Source: Phycisphaerae bacterium (lineage in GTDB: Bacteria; Planctomycetota; Phycisphaerae; UBA1845). From it: 64,000 nt of DNA. This document shows positions 12,820-22,165 of the stretch, piece after piece. Each line of letters begins with the position of its first letter. The stretch's first letter is position 1. The notes under the pieces are model-generated. The model was not told the origin of the DNA. It searched no databases and saw only the letters and a program-made list of their open reading frames with translations. The position numbers and the translations under genes are program-made. Where the stretch lies: NCBI GenBank assembly GCA_963666835.2, contig CAXXGO010000006.1, positions 256,001-320,000 on the forward strand, given 5' to 3'.

Positions 12820-13956
12820 TTATTCGGTGACGGTCAGGTATTCCTCCAGCCGGGTCGCAACGAGGCGGCCACAGTCGTCGTGGGACTTCGGCGCGACGCT
12901 CGTGAAGTCTGCATGGTGATCGTTCTGGAAGTCGACGATGACCCACTCTCCGGCTCGATCGCAAACGACGAAGTGTACGGCCATCACACGTCCGTCGCGC
13001 GGGCTAATCATGTACTCGGCGTAAAGGGCGTAATCGGCATCCGGCGGGGTCTCGCGCACATAGGCGCGAAAGGCGCGGGCCAAGTCCCAGAGGCGACGCT
13101 GTTCATTCCGCCCGCCGGCGAGCTCGAAGACCGGGCGTTCATCTGCCATCGTCGCGGCGGTTAGGTTCTGCTCGGCGACCAGCCCGGCCAGATGGGCGCC
13201 GCTCTCCGCGTCGACCGTTCCGCCAACGAGAACCGGATAGACCGCCAGGGAGGTCTCGGGTCCGCGGTTTCGCATGGCCTTCGCTCGTTGCTCGATGGCG
13301 GCGCGTTCCTCTCGGTCTGGGAGCCGGGATTTCTCGGCCCACATCTTGGCCATCTTCCCTTCGCCGCTGTCGTCTGCGGTGGCTTCACTCAGTGAGAACG
13401 GCGTGTGCAACCGTTTGGCCAACAGCACGCAGCAACTCATCGGGCACTGCGGCTTGACGCGTTTGAAATCGGCATCGCTTGGCGTCTGCCGATCGAGCCA
13501 GACCGCGGCGCCCGTGCGATTGACCAGAACGGCACGTACTTCGTCGACCCCCGTCTTCGGCGCGCCGATATACTCGGCGTAAAGGGCATACTCCGTCTCT
13601 ACCGGGTTCTCGCGGACGAATTGTCCGAACAGCACGGGAGCTTCGTCGAACTCCACGTCTTTGGGCAACTGAAAGACGGCGTCGGTCGTTGTCAGGTTGC
13701 TCATGCCGCTCTTCTCGAGAAGGAGCCCGAGCGCATCGGCGACGTCCTTCATCGGCTGACCGGCCAGGACGATTGGAAACACGGTCAGAGACGCTGCAGC
13801 CCCCTCTGCTTGCACCTTCTCCAAGCGCTCCTGGCGTTCCTTCAGGTCATCCGCTTCCGCCCGAGCGTTTGCCCCGGCGATCAGGATCATCGCAACCCCG
13901 GCGACCATAACCAATCCGCCCACCACACCCGTTATCTGCTTTCGTTTCTTAGTCAT
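12820..13956 (-). CDS. Exported protein made of two tandem homologous alpha/beta domains
   Basis: ATG with GAGGAG RBS and signal/TM helix. Two repeats of L.V(F/Y)P...(F/Y)VRE.P...YALYAEY...V..D.Q...DF..V.P....C..L.A.RL. Confidence 0.8.
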   Translation of the reverse strand: MTKKRKQITGVVGGLVMVAGVAMILIAGANARAEADDLKERQERLEKVQAEGAAASLTVFPIVLAGQPMKDVADALGLLLEKSGMSNLTTTDAVFQLPKDVEFDEAPVLFGQFVRENPVETEYALYAEYIGAPKTGVDEVRAVLVNRTGAAVWLDRQTPSDADFKRVKPQCPMSCCVLLAKRLHTPFSLSEATADDSGEGKMAKMWAEKSRLPDREERAAIEQRAKAMRNRGPETSLAVYPVLVGGTVDAESGAHLAGLVAEQNLTAATMADERPVFELAGGRNEQRRLWDLARAFRAYVRETPPDADYALYAEYMISPRDGRVMAVHFVVCDRAGEWVIVDFQNDHHADFTSVAPKSHDDCGRLVATRLEEYLTVTE

Positions 13957-13988
13957 CTCGTTTCTCCTCAAACCTGGTTGGAGCAAAC

Positions 13989-14004
13989 GTAAGTGTTTGC
14001 TTAC
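13989..14004. promoter_or_regulatory. Putative TetR operator, copy 2 (GTAAG-TGTTTG-CTTAC)
   Basis: 16-bp inverted repeat matching the one at 14649-14664. Confidence 0.7.
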
Positions 14005-14027
14005 AATAACGACAAATAGAAAGGGGA

Positions 14028-14621
14028 TCATTCCCCATTACCTTTCAACAACAGGCGCCCCGTGTCACCGATCAGCCGTCGGCGTTGGGGCGCGGTGATC
14101 AGGCCCAGCTCGCGGCTGATGTTCGCTACGGTGCCGAGCCCAACAACCGCCCAAGCCGCAATTGCCGCCTCCTGCTCCGTTGTGCCGGATTCGGCGCCGC
14201 GATAATCCACGATTTGCTGGCGGATGAACTTGTGGAACCGGCCGTACATTTTACGCAGCGCTCCACGGATCTGTGGATCGTCAATCTCGCTCAAACCCGC
14301 AAAGACCAGCCGATACAGCCCGAACTCTCCGAGATGGTCAGACTCGTAATCGAGCAGACGTTCCGCCGGGCTCGCGGTGGTTTCCCCCTCGCGCAGCAGC
14401 TTCGCCCAGACCTCGGCCGAAAGCTGGTAGACATGTTCGATAGCAGCCACAAACATGGCTTTTTTGTCCGGCCAGAGGCGGTAGAGCACATTTTCGCGAA
14501 CGTCGCACCGTTGCGCCAGCTCCGCGGTAGTGGCTCGCCGATAGCCCAACTCGGCGAACGCCCGCGCGAGAATCGGCAAGAACTGCCCGCGTCGTTCATC
14601 AGATTGGTCAGGCTTGGCCAT
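14028..14621 (-). CDS. TetR/AcrR family transcriptional regulator
   Basis: FAELGYRRATTAELAQRCDV....LYRLWPDKKAMF HTH. Confidence 0.93.
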   Translation of the reverse strand: MAKPDQSDERRGQFLPILARAFAELGYRRATTAELAQRCDVRENVLYRLWPDKKAMFVAAIEHVYQLSAEVWAKLLREGETTASPAERLLDYESDHLGEFGLYRLVFAGLSEIDDPQIRGALRKMYGRFHKFIRQQIVDYRGAESGTTEQEAAIAAWAVVGLGTVANISRELGLITAPQRRRLIGDTGRLLLKGNGE

Positions 14622-14648
14622 CCGCCACCCATCCGACAAGACCGTTAC

Positions 14649-14692
14649 GTAAGTATCCACTTACAACATACCTTACTGAGGGTCGCTGTCAA
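14649..14692 (-). promoter_or_regulatory. tetR promoter (TTGACA-16-TATGTT) with operator GTAAGT-ATCC-ACTTAC at the start site
   Basis: -35 at 14687-14692, -10 at 14665-14670, perfect inverted repeat 14649-14664. Confidence 0.7.
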
Positions 14693-15441
14693 ACGGTTGG
14701 GCGGCGTTTACACAAGAAGATACGTCCGGGGGACTTGGACAGGTGTTTTCGCAGTATTTTCTTGGGGAATACGGGGGGGGGTACGGGCGACGGCCCTGGG
14801 ATTCCGCCTCAGGGCGCGCGATGTCGCGACCGATAGACTTAAAGCGGGCGTTCTTTTTTCTGCGGGTGGTTCTGCCGCAAGCAGCTCCATCGCGCGGCGC
14901 TACGCAGGCGGCGCCAGGGCGGAAGATGGTTGTGGCAGAGTTGTCGCTCGTGCTATCATGGCTTCGCCAGCGAAGGCGGGGCCATCTGGCCCGAGGACGC
15001 GTGGGTCGGGCAACCGGCGTTACGAACGTCGACCGTCCGGTCGGAAGCGGGTCATTTCAGTAAGACACATGAACGTGAACGGACGCGAGGGCGATGCGAA
15101 GGCCGACGGCGAGACCGGGAGGCCGGCCCGGCAGAAGTAGCTTCGGGGCACCAAGGCCCGGGTAGGAGGACGGATTGAATGAACGGCGCCAACCCTTCTG
15201 CAACAACTCGATGCGAAGCTGCAGCCAACGGGCGCGCGGTGACGGAGGTTATCGCGTTCGCGCAGATAAGCGAATGGCCGGAGAACTCGGCCGGTCGCGC
15301 GCATAGCTTCAACGCGGAAAGTGCGAGAAAGCGCCGGGGAAACCGAGGCTTCGGATCGTCCGGTTCGCGGCGAGAGCAGCGCCGCGGCGACTCCACCGTC
15401 GCAGATCGGAACCATGCGTCCGACAGAGGGAGTGTTGGCCA

Positions 15442-18400
15442 ATGAGAGGCAAGTCCGGAAGAGTCCTGGGGCTTCTTGGAGCTGGACTGGCTGCGATTGC
15501 CGTCGTCGTCTTGTTGGGTTGCCTGGCCCGGACTTACGCCCTCGACCAAGCGGAGCGGCGCGTACGCGATGCGATGCTTGAATGCCGCGCATTCCACCGC
15601 TATGTGCAGGGTGGCATGCACCCGGCATACAAGAAACTCATCGAAGACGGCCGGCTGCCCCAGGGGTTCTTCGCCCCGGAGTTGCTGTCATCGTCGTATA
15701 TCGCGCGGTCGATCCACCGGCACTATAACACGGAACGGCGCGAGGCGGGGTTGCCGGAAGTGCGATACCGTATGGCGACTGTGAACCCACGCAACCCGGT
15801 GAACAAGGCCACCCCCGCAGAACAGGAGCTGATCGCCTGGTTCAATGAAGACCGTGCGCGAAAGAGTTACCGGGAGGTCATCAAGGAGGACGGCCGGGAG
15901 TATTTGCTCTATGCCCAGCCGTTCCTAACTGTCGAGCAGCGCTGCCTGAAGTGCCACGGCAAGCCGGAGGACGCCCCGGCGGAGCTCAGGGAAGCCTACA
16001 ACTGGACCGGGGGGTGGAACCTGAAGGTCGGTGACATAGTGGCGGTTGAGTCCATTCGTTCGCCGTTGGAGGGCGAGTACAACATTGCCATGGTCGTCGT
16101 TGCTGGGCTCGTGGTAATTACCGCCGCCGTGGTGATCTTGTTGATCTTCAACAACCGACTTCGCACCCTCGTCTCCCGGCGGTCGAAGGACCTGCAAGAA
16201 AGCGAAACAAGGTACCGGCTGCTGGCGGACAACTCCGCTGACCTGATATGGACGTGTGCCGGCCGCGAAGACAACTTCCGAATGACGTACATCAACCCGG
16301 CGATCAAGGAGATGCTGGGTTACTCGGTCGAGGAGTTCCTGCAGCTACCGATCGAGGAACGAATGTCGCCTGAGTCACTCGATATCGTGGATGAGGCGAT
16401 AAGCGAGATGACGCGCTCGCGACGGCCGGCGGTCTTCCAGATTCAGCACATTCACAAGAATGGTGAACTCGTCGATTGTGAGCTATGGGCCAGACCTATC
16501 TTGGGCCCGGATGATCAGATTACGGGGTTCCAGGGCAGGACCATTGATATCACCGAGCGCAAGCGAGCGGAACGGGCGCGGCAGGAGGCTGAAACGCGAT
16601 ACCGTGAGCTGTTCAACAACATGGCTAATGGCGTAGCCGTCTACGAACCGACCGCTGACGGCCGGGACTTCATCATTAAGGACATGAACCGAAACGGCGC
16701 GAAGGCGAGCCGCTGCGATAGGGGTGACGTTGTGGGCCGCAGCGTGCTCGAGGCGTTCCCGGGCATCGAAGAGATGGGTCTCTTTGACGTTCTCCAGCGA
16801 GTCTGGCTGACGGGTGAGCCGGAACGTGTCCGCGCGAGCTTGTATCGGGACCAGCATACGCGCGCCTGGTATGACAACCAGGTATACAAGTTGCCCTCGG
16901 GAGACGTCGTTGCCGTCTATGATGATGTCACCGAGCGCAAGCACGCGGAAGAGGCCCTCCGGGAAAGCGAAGAACGGATGGAGCTGGCGCTGCAGGGCGC
17001 GGACTTAGGGACCTGGGATTGGGACGTTCGAACCGGCAAGGTGACGTTCAACGAACGCTGGGCTGCGATGTTGGGTTACACGTTGGATGAAATCGAACCT
17101 CACGTGCGCACGTGGGAGGGAATGGTCCATGCCGATGATCTGCCGCGGGTTCGGGACGAGCTGAACGCGCACCTCGAGGGCAGGACGGATTCCTATGAGG
17201 CCGAGCATCGCGTGCGGCACAAGTCCGGCGATTGGGTCTGGGTGCTGGACAAGGGACGAGTCACCCATCGTGACGACAACGGCAAGCCCCTGCGCGCCTG
17301 TGGGACGCATCTTGATGTCACGGATCGAAAACGCGCGGAACAATCGCTCGTGGAGCAGAACAAGACCCGGAATGCGCTGATCGAGGCCCTGCCCTATCCC
17401 ACCATGTTGATACGCAAGGATAGAACGGTTCTTTTTGCCAATCGCAAGGCTCGTGATTTCGGAGCGACAGTCGGCGGTCTATGCTGGCGTGATTTCGGGC
17501 GCAGCTATTATATCTCCGAGGCAGACAAAGCCTACATCGATGAGCACGGGAACCCACCGCCGAGCGGTACTCATTGCACGTTCTGCCTGGCCGACGAAGC
17601 TCTGGGCACCTCGAAGACCGCGACGGCGCCGGACGTTGCTTTCCTTGGTGGGATCTCGGAGATCAGCTGGGTCCCGATCGACGAGGATACTTATCTGCAC
17701 TTCGCGATGGACATCACCGAACGCAAGCGGGCCGAGGAGACCCTGCGGCTGGGCGAGGCGCGGCTGTCTCTCGCCCTTGACGTAAGCGGGGCGGGCATCT
17801 GGCGCTGGAACATCAAGACCGGCGAGTTAAACCTGGATGACCGTTTCCATGAGATGCTCGGGTACCTCCCGAATGAGCTGCCTGCCAACGTGGAAGACTG
17901 GAAGCGGTGGCATCATCCCGACGAGATCGATTCGGTAATGGCCAAGCGCGAACGTCACTTGCGGGGTGAGACTCCCGTTTACGAGGGTAACCATCGGCTC
18001 CTTCGCAAGAACGGAGACTGGGCCTGGGTCTTCACTCGCGGAAAAGTGGTTAGTTGGGATGCGGACCACAACCCGGAGACGTTCCTCGGAGTCGCGATGG
18101 ACATCACCGAGCGCAAACGCGCCGAGGAAGCCCTGGAGAAACGTGTGCTGGCGCTGACTCAGCCGCTTGAGGACACGGGCACCATTGCATTCGACGACCT
18201 GTTCAATCTGGACGATATCCAGCGTCTGCAGGACAGGTTTGCCGAGGCCACCGGGGTCGCATCGATCATCACCCAAACCGACGGGACGCCCCTCACGAAG
18301 CCAAGCAACTTCACCCGACTCTGCAACGATATCATCCGGGGGACGAAGGAAGGCTGCGCCAACTGCTATAAGTCCGATGCCCAGCTAGGCTGCTTCCGTC

Positions 18401-20700
18401 TCGACGGACCTACTATCGAGCCCTGCCAGAGTGGGGGACTCTGGGACGCCGGCGCCGCAATCACCGTGGGCGGCAAGCACGTTGCCAACTGGCTGATTGG
18501 CCAGGTGCGAAACGAGACTCAAACTGAAGAGAGAATGCGGGAGTACGCCCGAAAGATCGAAGCGGACGAAGAGACCTTCATTGAGGCCTACCGCGAAGTG
18601 CCGGTCATGCCGTACGAGCAGTTCGAGCGGGTCGCCCAGGCGCTGTTCACGATCGCTCGGCAATTGTCCGCTTCCGCCTTTCAGAACGTGCAGCAGGCGC
18701 GCTTCATAACTGAGTGCAAGCGGGCGGAGAACGAACTGGCGTCAACCACGGCGTTTCTCGATACGGTTGTCGATATGAGCCCCTTTGCCATGTGGGTCTC
18801 CGATGAGACGGGGATGATCATCAGAACGAACCGCGCCCTGTGCGAGATCCTGAATCTGGCAAGTGAGGAGATTGTCGGGAAGTACAACGTACTCGAGGAT
18901 CAGAACCTGAACGATGCCGGCTTGATGTCCTTGACGAAGGGGGTGTTCGAGGTGCATCAGCCGATCCGATTCAACATGCCCTGGAAGGCCACCCAGGCCG
19001 GTGATGTCTCGTTCGAAGGAGCGCGGGATCTGTATATCGATGTCTCGATGTTCCCGATTCTCAACGACGCCGGCGAGCTGACCAACGTGGTGTGCCAATG
19101 GGTGGACATCACCGAGCGCAAACGGGCGGAAGAATCGCTGCTGAGCGAGAAGTTGCTTTCCGAAGACTACATCAACAGTCTACCCGGTCTGTTCTATGTG
19201 TTCGATGAGACTAGGTTCGTCAGATGGAATACCCAGTGGGAGACCGTCACCGGCTACACCGCAGAAGAATTGAGCGTCATGTACTGTACGGACTTCTTCG
19301 AAGGAGAAGACCGGAGGATCATTCAGGAGAAAATGCTTGAAGTGTTCCGCGAAGGCGGTGCGGAGGTCGAGGCGGAACTCACTACCAAAGACGGCCGGAG
19401 GATACCCTATCTCTTCACCGGTCTTCGTCGAGAATTCAACGGCAAACCCCATCTGGTAGGCTTTGGATTGGACATCACCGAGCGCAAGCGGATGGAAGAA
19501 GAGCGCGCGGCTCTGGAGGATCAACTCCGCCAGGCGCAGAAGCTGGAAGCGGTGGGGCAACTGGCCGGAGGCGTCGCCCACGACTTCAACAACATCCTGA
19601 CCGCGATCTTCGGCAATACGCAATTGGCGGTCAGTCAGCTCAAATCGGCTTTCCCGGAGGCAACCAAGGCGGTCGAACGCATCGAGCAGGTTCGCGAAAG
19701 TGCCAAGCGAGCGGCGTCATTGACCCGGCAACTGCTCACTTTCAGTCGTCGGCAGGTCATTCAGCCCGAGGTGCTCGACCTTAACCGAATCCTGGCGGAC
19801 CTGGACAAGATGCTGCGGCGATTGATCACCGAGAATGTGACGCTCGAAACCATCGCCGACCCGAACCTGCAATCGGTGCGGGCGGACGCCGGCCAGCTCG
19901 AGCAGGTGGTTGTGAACCTGGTGGTCAACGCGGTCCACGCCATGCCCGATGGCGGCCGGCTCACCCTGGAGACCAAGAACGTCATCCTGGAGGAGGAGTA
20001 TATCGAAAGCCACGCCGAGGCCCGCTCCGGCCCGCACGTGTTGTTGGTGGTCAGCGATACGGGGCACGGTATGGACGCCGCCACCTGCGCACGGATCTTC
20101 GAACCGTTCTATACCACCAAAGCGGTAGACAAAGGCACCGGGCTCGGGCTCGCGACGGTACACGGCATCGTCAAGCAAGCCGGCGGCCATATCGTGGTCT
20201 ACAGCGAACCGGGGCGGGGAACCACGTTCAGAGTCTATCTGCCTGCGATTGACGCGACCCCTGTAGAGCCGGCGCCGGTCTTGGAATCGGAGAAGCCGTC
20301 AACCGGAGCCGAGACGGTTCTACTGTGCGAGGACGACCGCTTCGTACGCGAGCTGGCCGCTCAGTTGCTGCGAAACGCCGGCTATACGGTGATTGCGGTG
20401 GGCAGCGGCAATGAAGGCCTCGAAGCCGCGCGGAATCATACCGGGTCTATCGACCTACTGATAACCGACGTAATCATGCCGGGCATGAACGGCCGGGAGC
20501 TGTCCGAACAACTGGGTGCCGCATTACCTGGTTTGCCGACTCTGTTCATTTCGGGTTACACTTCCAACGTCATCGCCCACCACGGAGTGCTGGACGAAGG
20601 AGTCGAGTTCCTCGAGAAACCGTTTACCCAACAGGGGTTGTTGACCAAAGTCCGCACCGTGCTCGATGCGAAGAAACCGGATGCCAGCTTGAAAGTCTGA
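15442..20700 (+). CDS. Multi-sensor hybrid histidine kinase: periplasmic heme-c (DUF3365-like) domain, multiple PAS/PAC, PocR, HisKA, HATPase, REC
   Basis: NPRNPVNKA and CLKCHG, many DITERK PAC ends, PocR (IQRLQDRFAEATGV...C...C..SD...C..GLWD), AGGVAHDFNNIL, GTGLGL, LLITDVIMPGMNG. Confidence 0.95.
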   Translation: MRGKSGRVLGLLGAGLAAIAVVVLLGCLARTYALDQAERRVRDAMLECRAFHRYVQGGMHPAYKKLIEDGRLPQGFFAPELLSSSYIARSIHRHYNTERREAGLPEVRYRMATVNPRNPVNKATPAEQELIAWFNEDRARKSYREVIKEDGREYLLYAQPFLTVEQRCLKCHGKPEDAPAELREAYNWTGGWNLKVGDIVAVESIRSPLEGEYNIAMVVVAGLVVITAAVVILLIFNNRLRTLVSRRSKDLQESETRYRLLADNSADLIWTCAGREDNFRMTYINPAIKEMLGYSVEEFLQLPIEERMSPESLDIVDEAISEMTRSRRPAVFQIQHIHKNGELVDCELWARPILGPDDQITGFQGRTIDITERKRAERARQEAETRYRELFNNMANGVAVYEPTADGRDFIIKDMNRNGAKASRCDRGDVVGRSVLEAFPGIEEMGLFDVLQRVWLTGEPERVRASLYRDQHTRAWYDNQVYKLPSGDVVAVYDDVTERKHAEEALRESEERMELALQGADLGTWDWDVRTGKVTFNERWAAMLGYTLDEIEPHVRTWEGMVHADDLPRVRDELNAHLEGRTDSYEAEHRVRHKSGDWVWVLDKGRVTHRDDNGKPLRACGTHLDVTDRKRAEQSLVEQNKTRNALIEALPYPTMLIRKDRTVLFANRKARDFGATVGGLCWRDFGRSYYISEADKAYIDEHGNPPPSGTHCTFCLADEALGTSKTATAPDVAFLGGISEISWVPIDEDTYLHFAMDITERKRAEETLRLGEARLSLALDVSGAGIWRWNIKTGELNLDDRFHEMLGYLPNELPANVEDWKRWHHPDEIDSVMAKRERHLRGETPVYEGNHRLLRKNGDWAWVFTRGKVVSWDADHNPETFLGVAMDITERKRAEEALEKRVLALTQPLEDTGTIAFDDLFNLDDIQRLQDRFAEATGVASIITQTDGTPLTKPSNFTRLCNDIIRGTKEGCANCYKSDAQLGCFRLDGPTIEPCQSGGLWDAGAAITVGGKHVANWLIGQVRNETQTEERMREYARKIEADEETFIEAYREVPVMPYEQFERVAQALFTIARQLSASAFQNVQQARFITECKRAENELASTTAFLDTVVDMSPFAMWVSDETGMIIRTNRALCEILNLASEEIVGKYNVLEDQNLNDAGLMSLTKGVFEVHQPIRFNMPWKATQAGDVSFEGARDLYIDVSMFPILNDAGELTNVVCQWVDITERKRAEESLLSEKLLSEDYINSLPGLFYVFDETRFVRWNTQWETVTGYTAEELSVMYCTDFFEGEDRRIIQEKMLEVFREGGAEVEAELTTKDGRRIPYLFTGLRREFNGKPHLVGFGLDITERKRMEEERAALEDQLRQAQKLEAVGQLAGGVAHDFNNILTAIFGNTQLAVSQLKSAFPEATKAVERIEQVRESAKRAASLTRQLLTFSRRQVIQPEVLDLNRILADLDKMLRRLITENVTLETIADPNLQSVRADAGQLEQVVVNLVVNAVHAMPDGGRLTLETKNVILEEEYIESHAEARSGPHVLLVVSDTGHGMDAATCARIFEPFYTTKAVDKGTGLGLATVHGIVKQAGGHIVVYSEPGRGTTFRVYLPAIDATPVEPAPVLESEKPSTGAETVLLCEDDRFVRELAAQLLRNAGYTVIAVGSGNEGLEAARNHTGSIDLLITDVIMPGMNGRELSEQLGAALPGLPTLFISGYTSNVIAHHGVLDEGVEFLEKPFTQQGLLTKVRTVLDAKKPDASLKV

Positions 20701-21001
20701 GCGGTTAGTGCAAGCCCGGACAAGCTTCGGCAGCGCAACCGCTGGAGCATTGGGCGACCTACCAGCTTCGCGCGATGTGCTACTTTGATAGGCTTTATGC
20801 CTCGACCACGTACTACGGAAGCTGCCAATCGCGTAGTATTCGTGCATTCGTCGCGGCTGTTCTAACCTTCGCGGGGTGTTTTGCTGCAGTAAGTAGTGAC
20901 TCCACGTACGCGAGCGGCAGCGGCGCAAGCCGATGACGTCGGTCTCCATCGTCCCGCGGTCTCAACGCACCGCCGGAGGCCTCATTCCACGGCCACAATA
21001 C

Positions 21002-21364
21002 CTACTGTCCAGATAACGGGCCTTGAATCACGCCCACACATGTCGAGTAGCGGTGGCGCAGATCGACCCACAAATGCAGCAATCTGAACGGTGATGGACG
21101 CACCTCACGATCAAAGCTTTGGTCCAGCCGCGTGACACCATGGTCAACCCAACCCCCTGACGCTCTCTCGAGCGCGGGAACCTTGATCTTCTTCGCGTAA
21201 CCGTTCACTTCCTTCAGGATGTCGTTCGCCGACATCGTCTGGACATAGCCGATCATTGCACCTGATTCGGCACCTTCCCCGTACCCCCAGTCAGGATCCA
21301 TGAACCGTTTGACGCCGTTCCGCGTGTAGTTCTCATTCAGAATCCACCCAGGTGATGAGGGTCT
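21002..21364 (-). pseudogene. 5'-truncated remnant of a hypothetical nuclease-like gene
   Basis: Protein-like segment WILNENYTRNGVKRFMDPDWGYGEGAESGAMIGYVQ...LLHLWVDLR. Upstream sequence in frame is not protein-like and runs antisense into the lemA region. Confidence 0.5.
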
Positions 21365-21535
21365 GGGATCCCATCGGGGCTGGGAACACCGCCGACATGT
21401 TTGGTTGGGCACCCGTCTTTCGCTTGACGGTCCACCCCGTTGCCGGGATACTCGTTTTGGCCGTTTTAGAGGGGGCGAAGCGCCGGCGGTGGGCTTCGTT
21501 CGTTGGATTGGGTCGATGGCTCTGGGAGACGGACC

Positions 21536-22141
21536 ATGTCGTCGTTGTTGATCGCACTCATTGTTGTGGCGGTTCTGGCGGTGCTGTTCGGCGGCACGGC
21601 CGTGAGCATGTTCAACAAGCTCGTCACGTACAAAAACCGTTACCAGAACGCCTTCGCCCAGATCGAAGTGCAGTTGAAGCGCCGGTACGACCTGATCCCC
21701 AACCTGGTCGAGACGGCCAAGGCCTATATGGAGCATGAGCGCGGCACGCTGGAGGCGGTTATTGCCGCCAGGAACCAGGCGGCGAGCGGGCTGGAGAAGG
21801 CGGCTTCCGACCCGAGCAACGCCGGGGCGATGAAGGCGCTGATGGGAGCCGAAGGGGCGCTAACCGGCGCGATGGGCCGACTGTTCGCGGTCATGGAAGC
21901 CTACCCGGACCTCAAAGCCAATCAGAACATGCAGCAACTCAACGAGGAGCTGACCTCGACGGAGAACAAAGTCGCCTTTGCCCGACAGGCGTTCAACGAC
22001 GCGGTCACGTTCTACAACACTTACAAGCAGACGTTCCCGCCGGTGCTCTTCGCGGGCATCTTCGGGCACAGTCAGGACGCCACTCTGCTCGAGTTCGACA
22101 GCGAAGCGATTGCGGAGGCTCCGAAAGTGTCCTTCAGTTGA
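21536..22141 (+). CDS. lemA: LemA family protein
   Basis: TM helix, QIEVQLKRRYDLIPNLVETAK, EAYPDLKAN, ENKVAFARQAFN. Confidence 0.97.
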   Translation: MSSLLIALIVVAVLAVLFGGTAVSMFNKLVTYKNRYQNAFAQIEVQLKRRYDLIPNLVETAKAYMEHERGTLEAVIAARNQAASGLEKAASDPSNAGAMKALMGAEGALTGAMGRLFAVMEAYPDLKANQNMQQLNEELTSTENKVAFARQAFNDAVTFYNTYKQTFPPVLFAGIFGHSQDATLLEFDSEAIAEAPKVSFS

Positions 22142-22165
22142 CACCAGCTCGCTTGAGACTCCGAC

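Noticed and set aside
15321..15345. Third intron start (GTGCGA-GAAAGCGCCGGGGAAACCG)
   Set aside because: A 12-nt match to the intron 5' end, but no following DI motifs or domain V. Chance or an unrecognisable relic.
14700..15440. Gene or IS remnant between tetR and the kinase; G9 tract at 14773-14781
   Set aside because: No recognisable protein motif or terminal repeats, and the G tract is not tied to an evident promoter or ORF.
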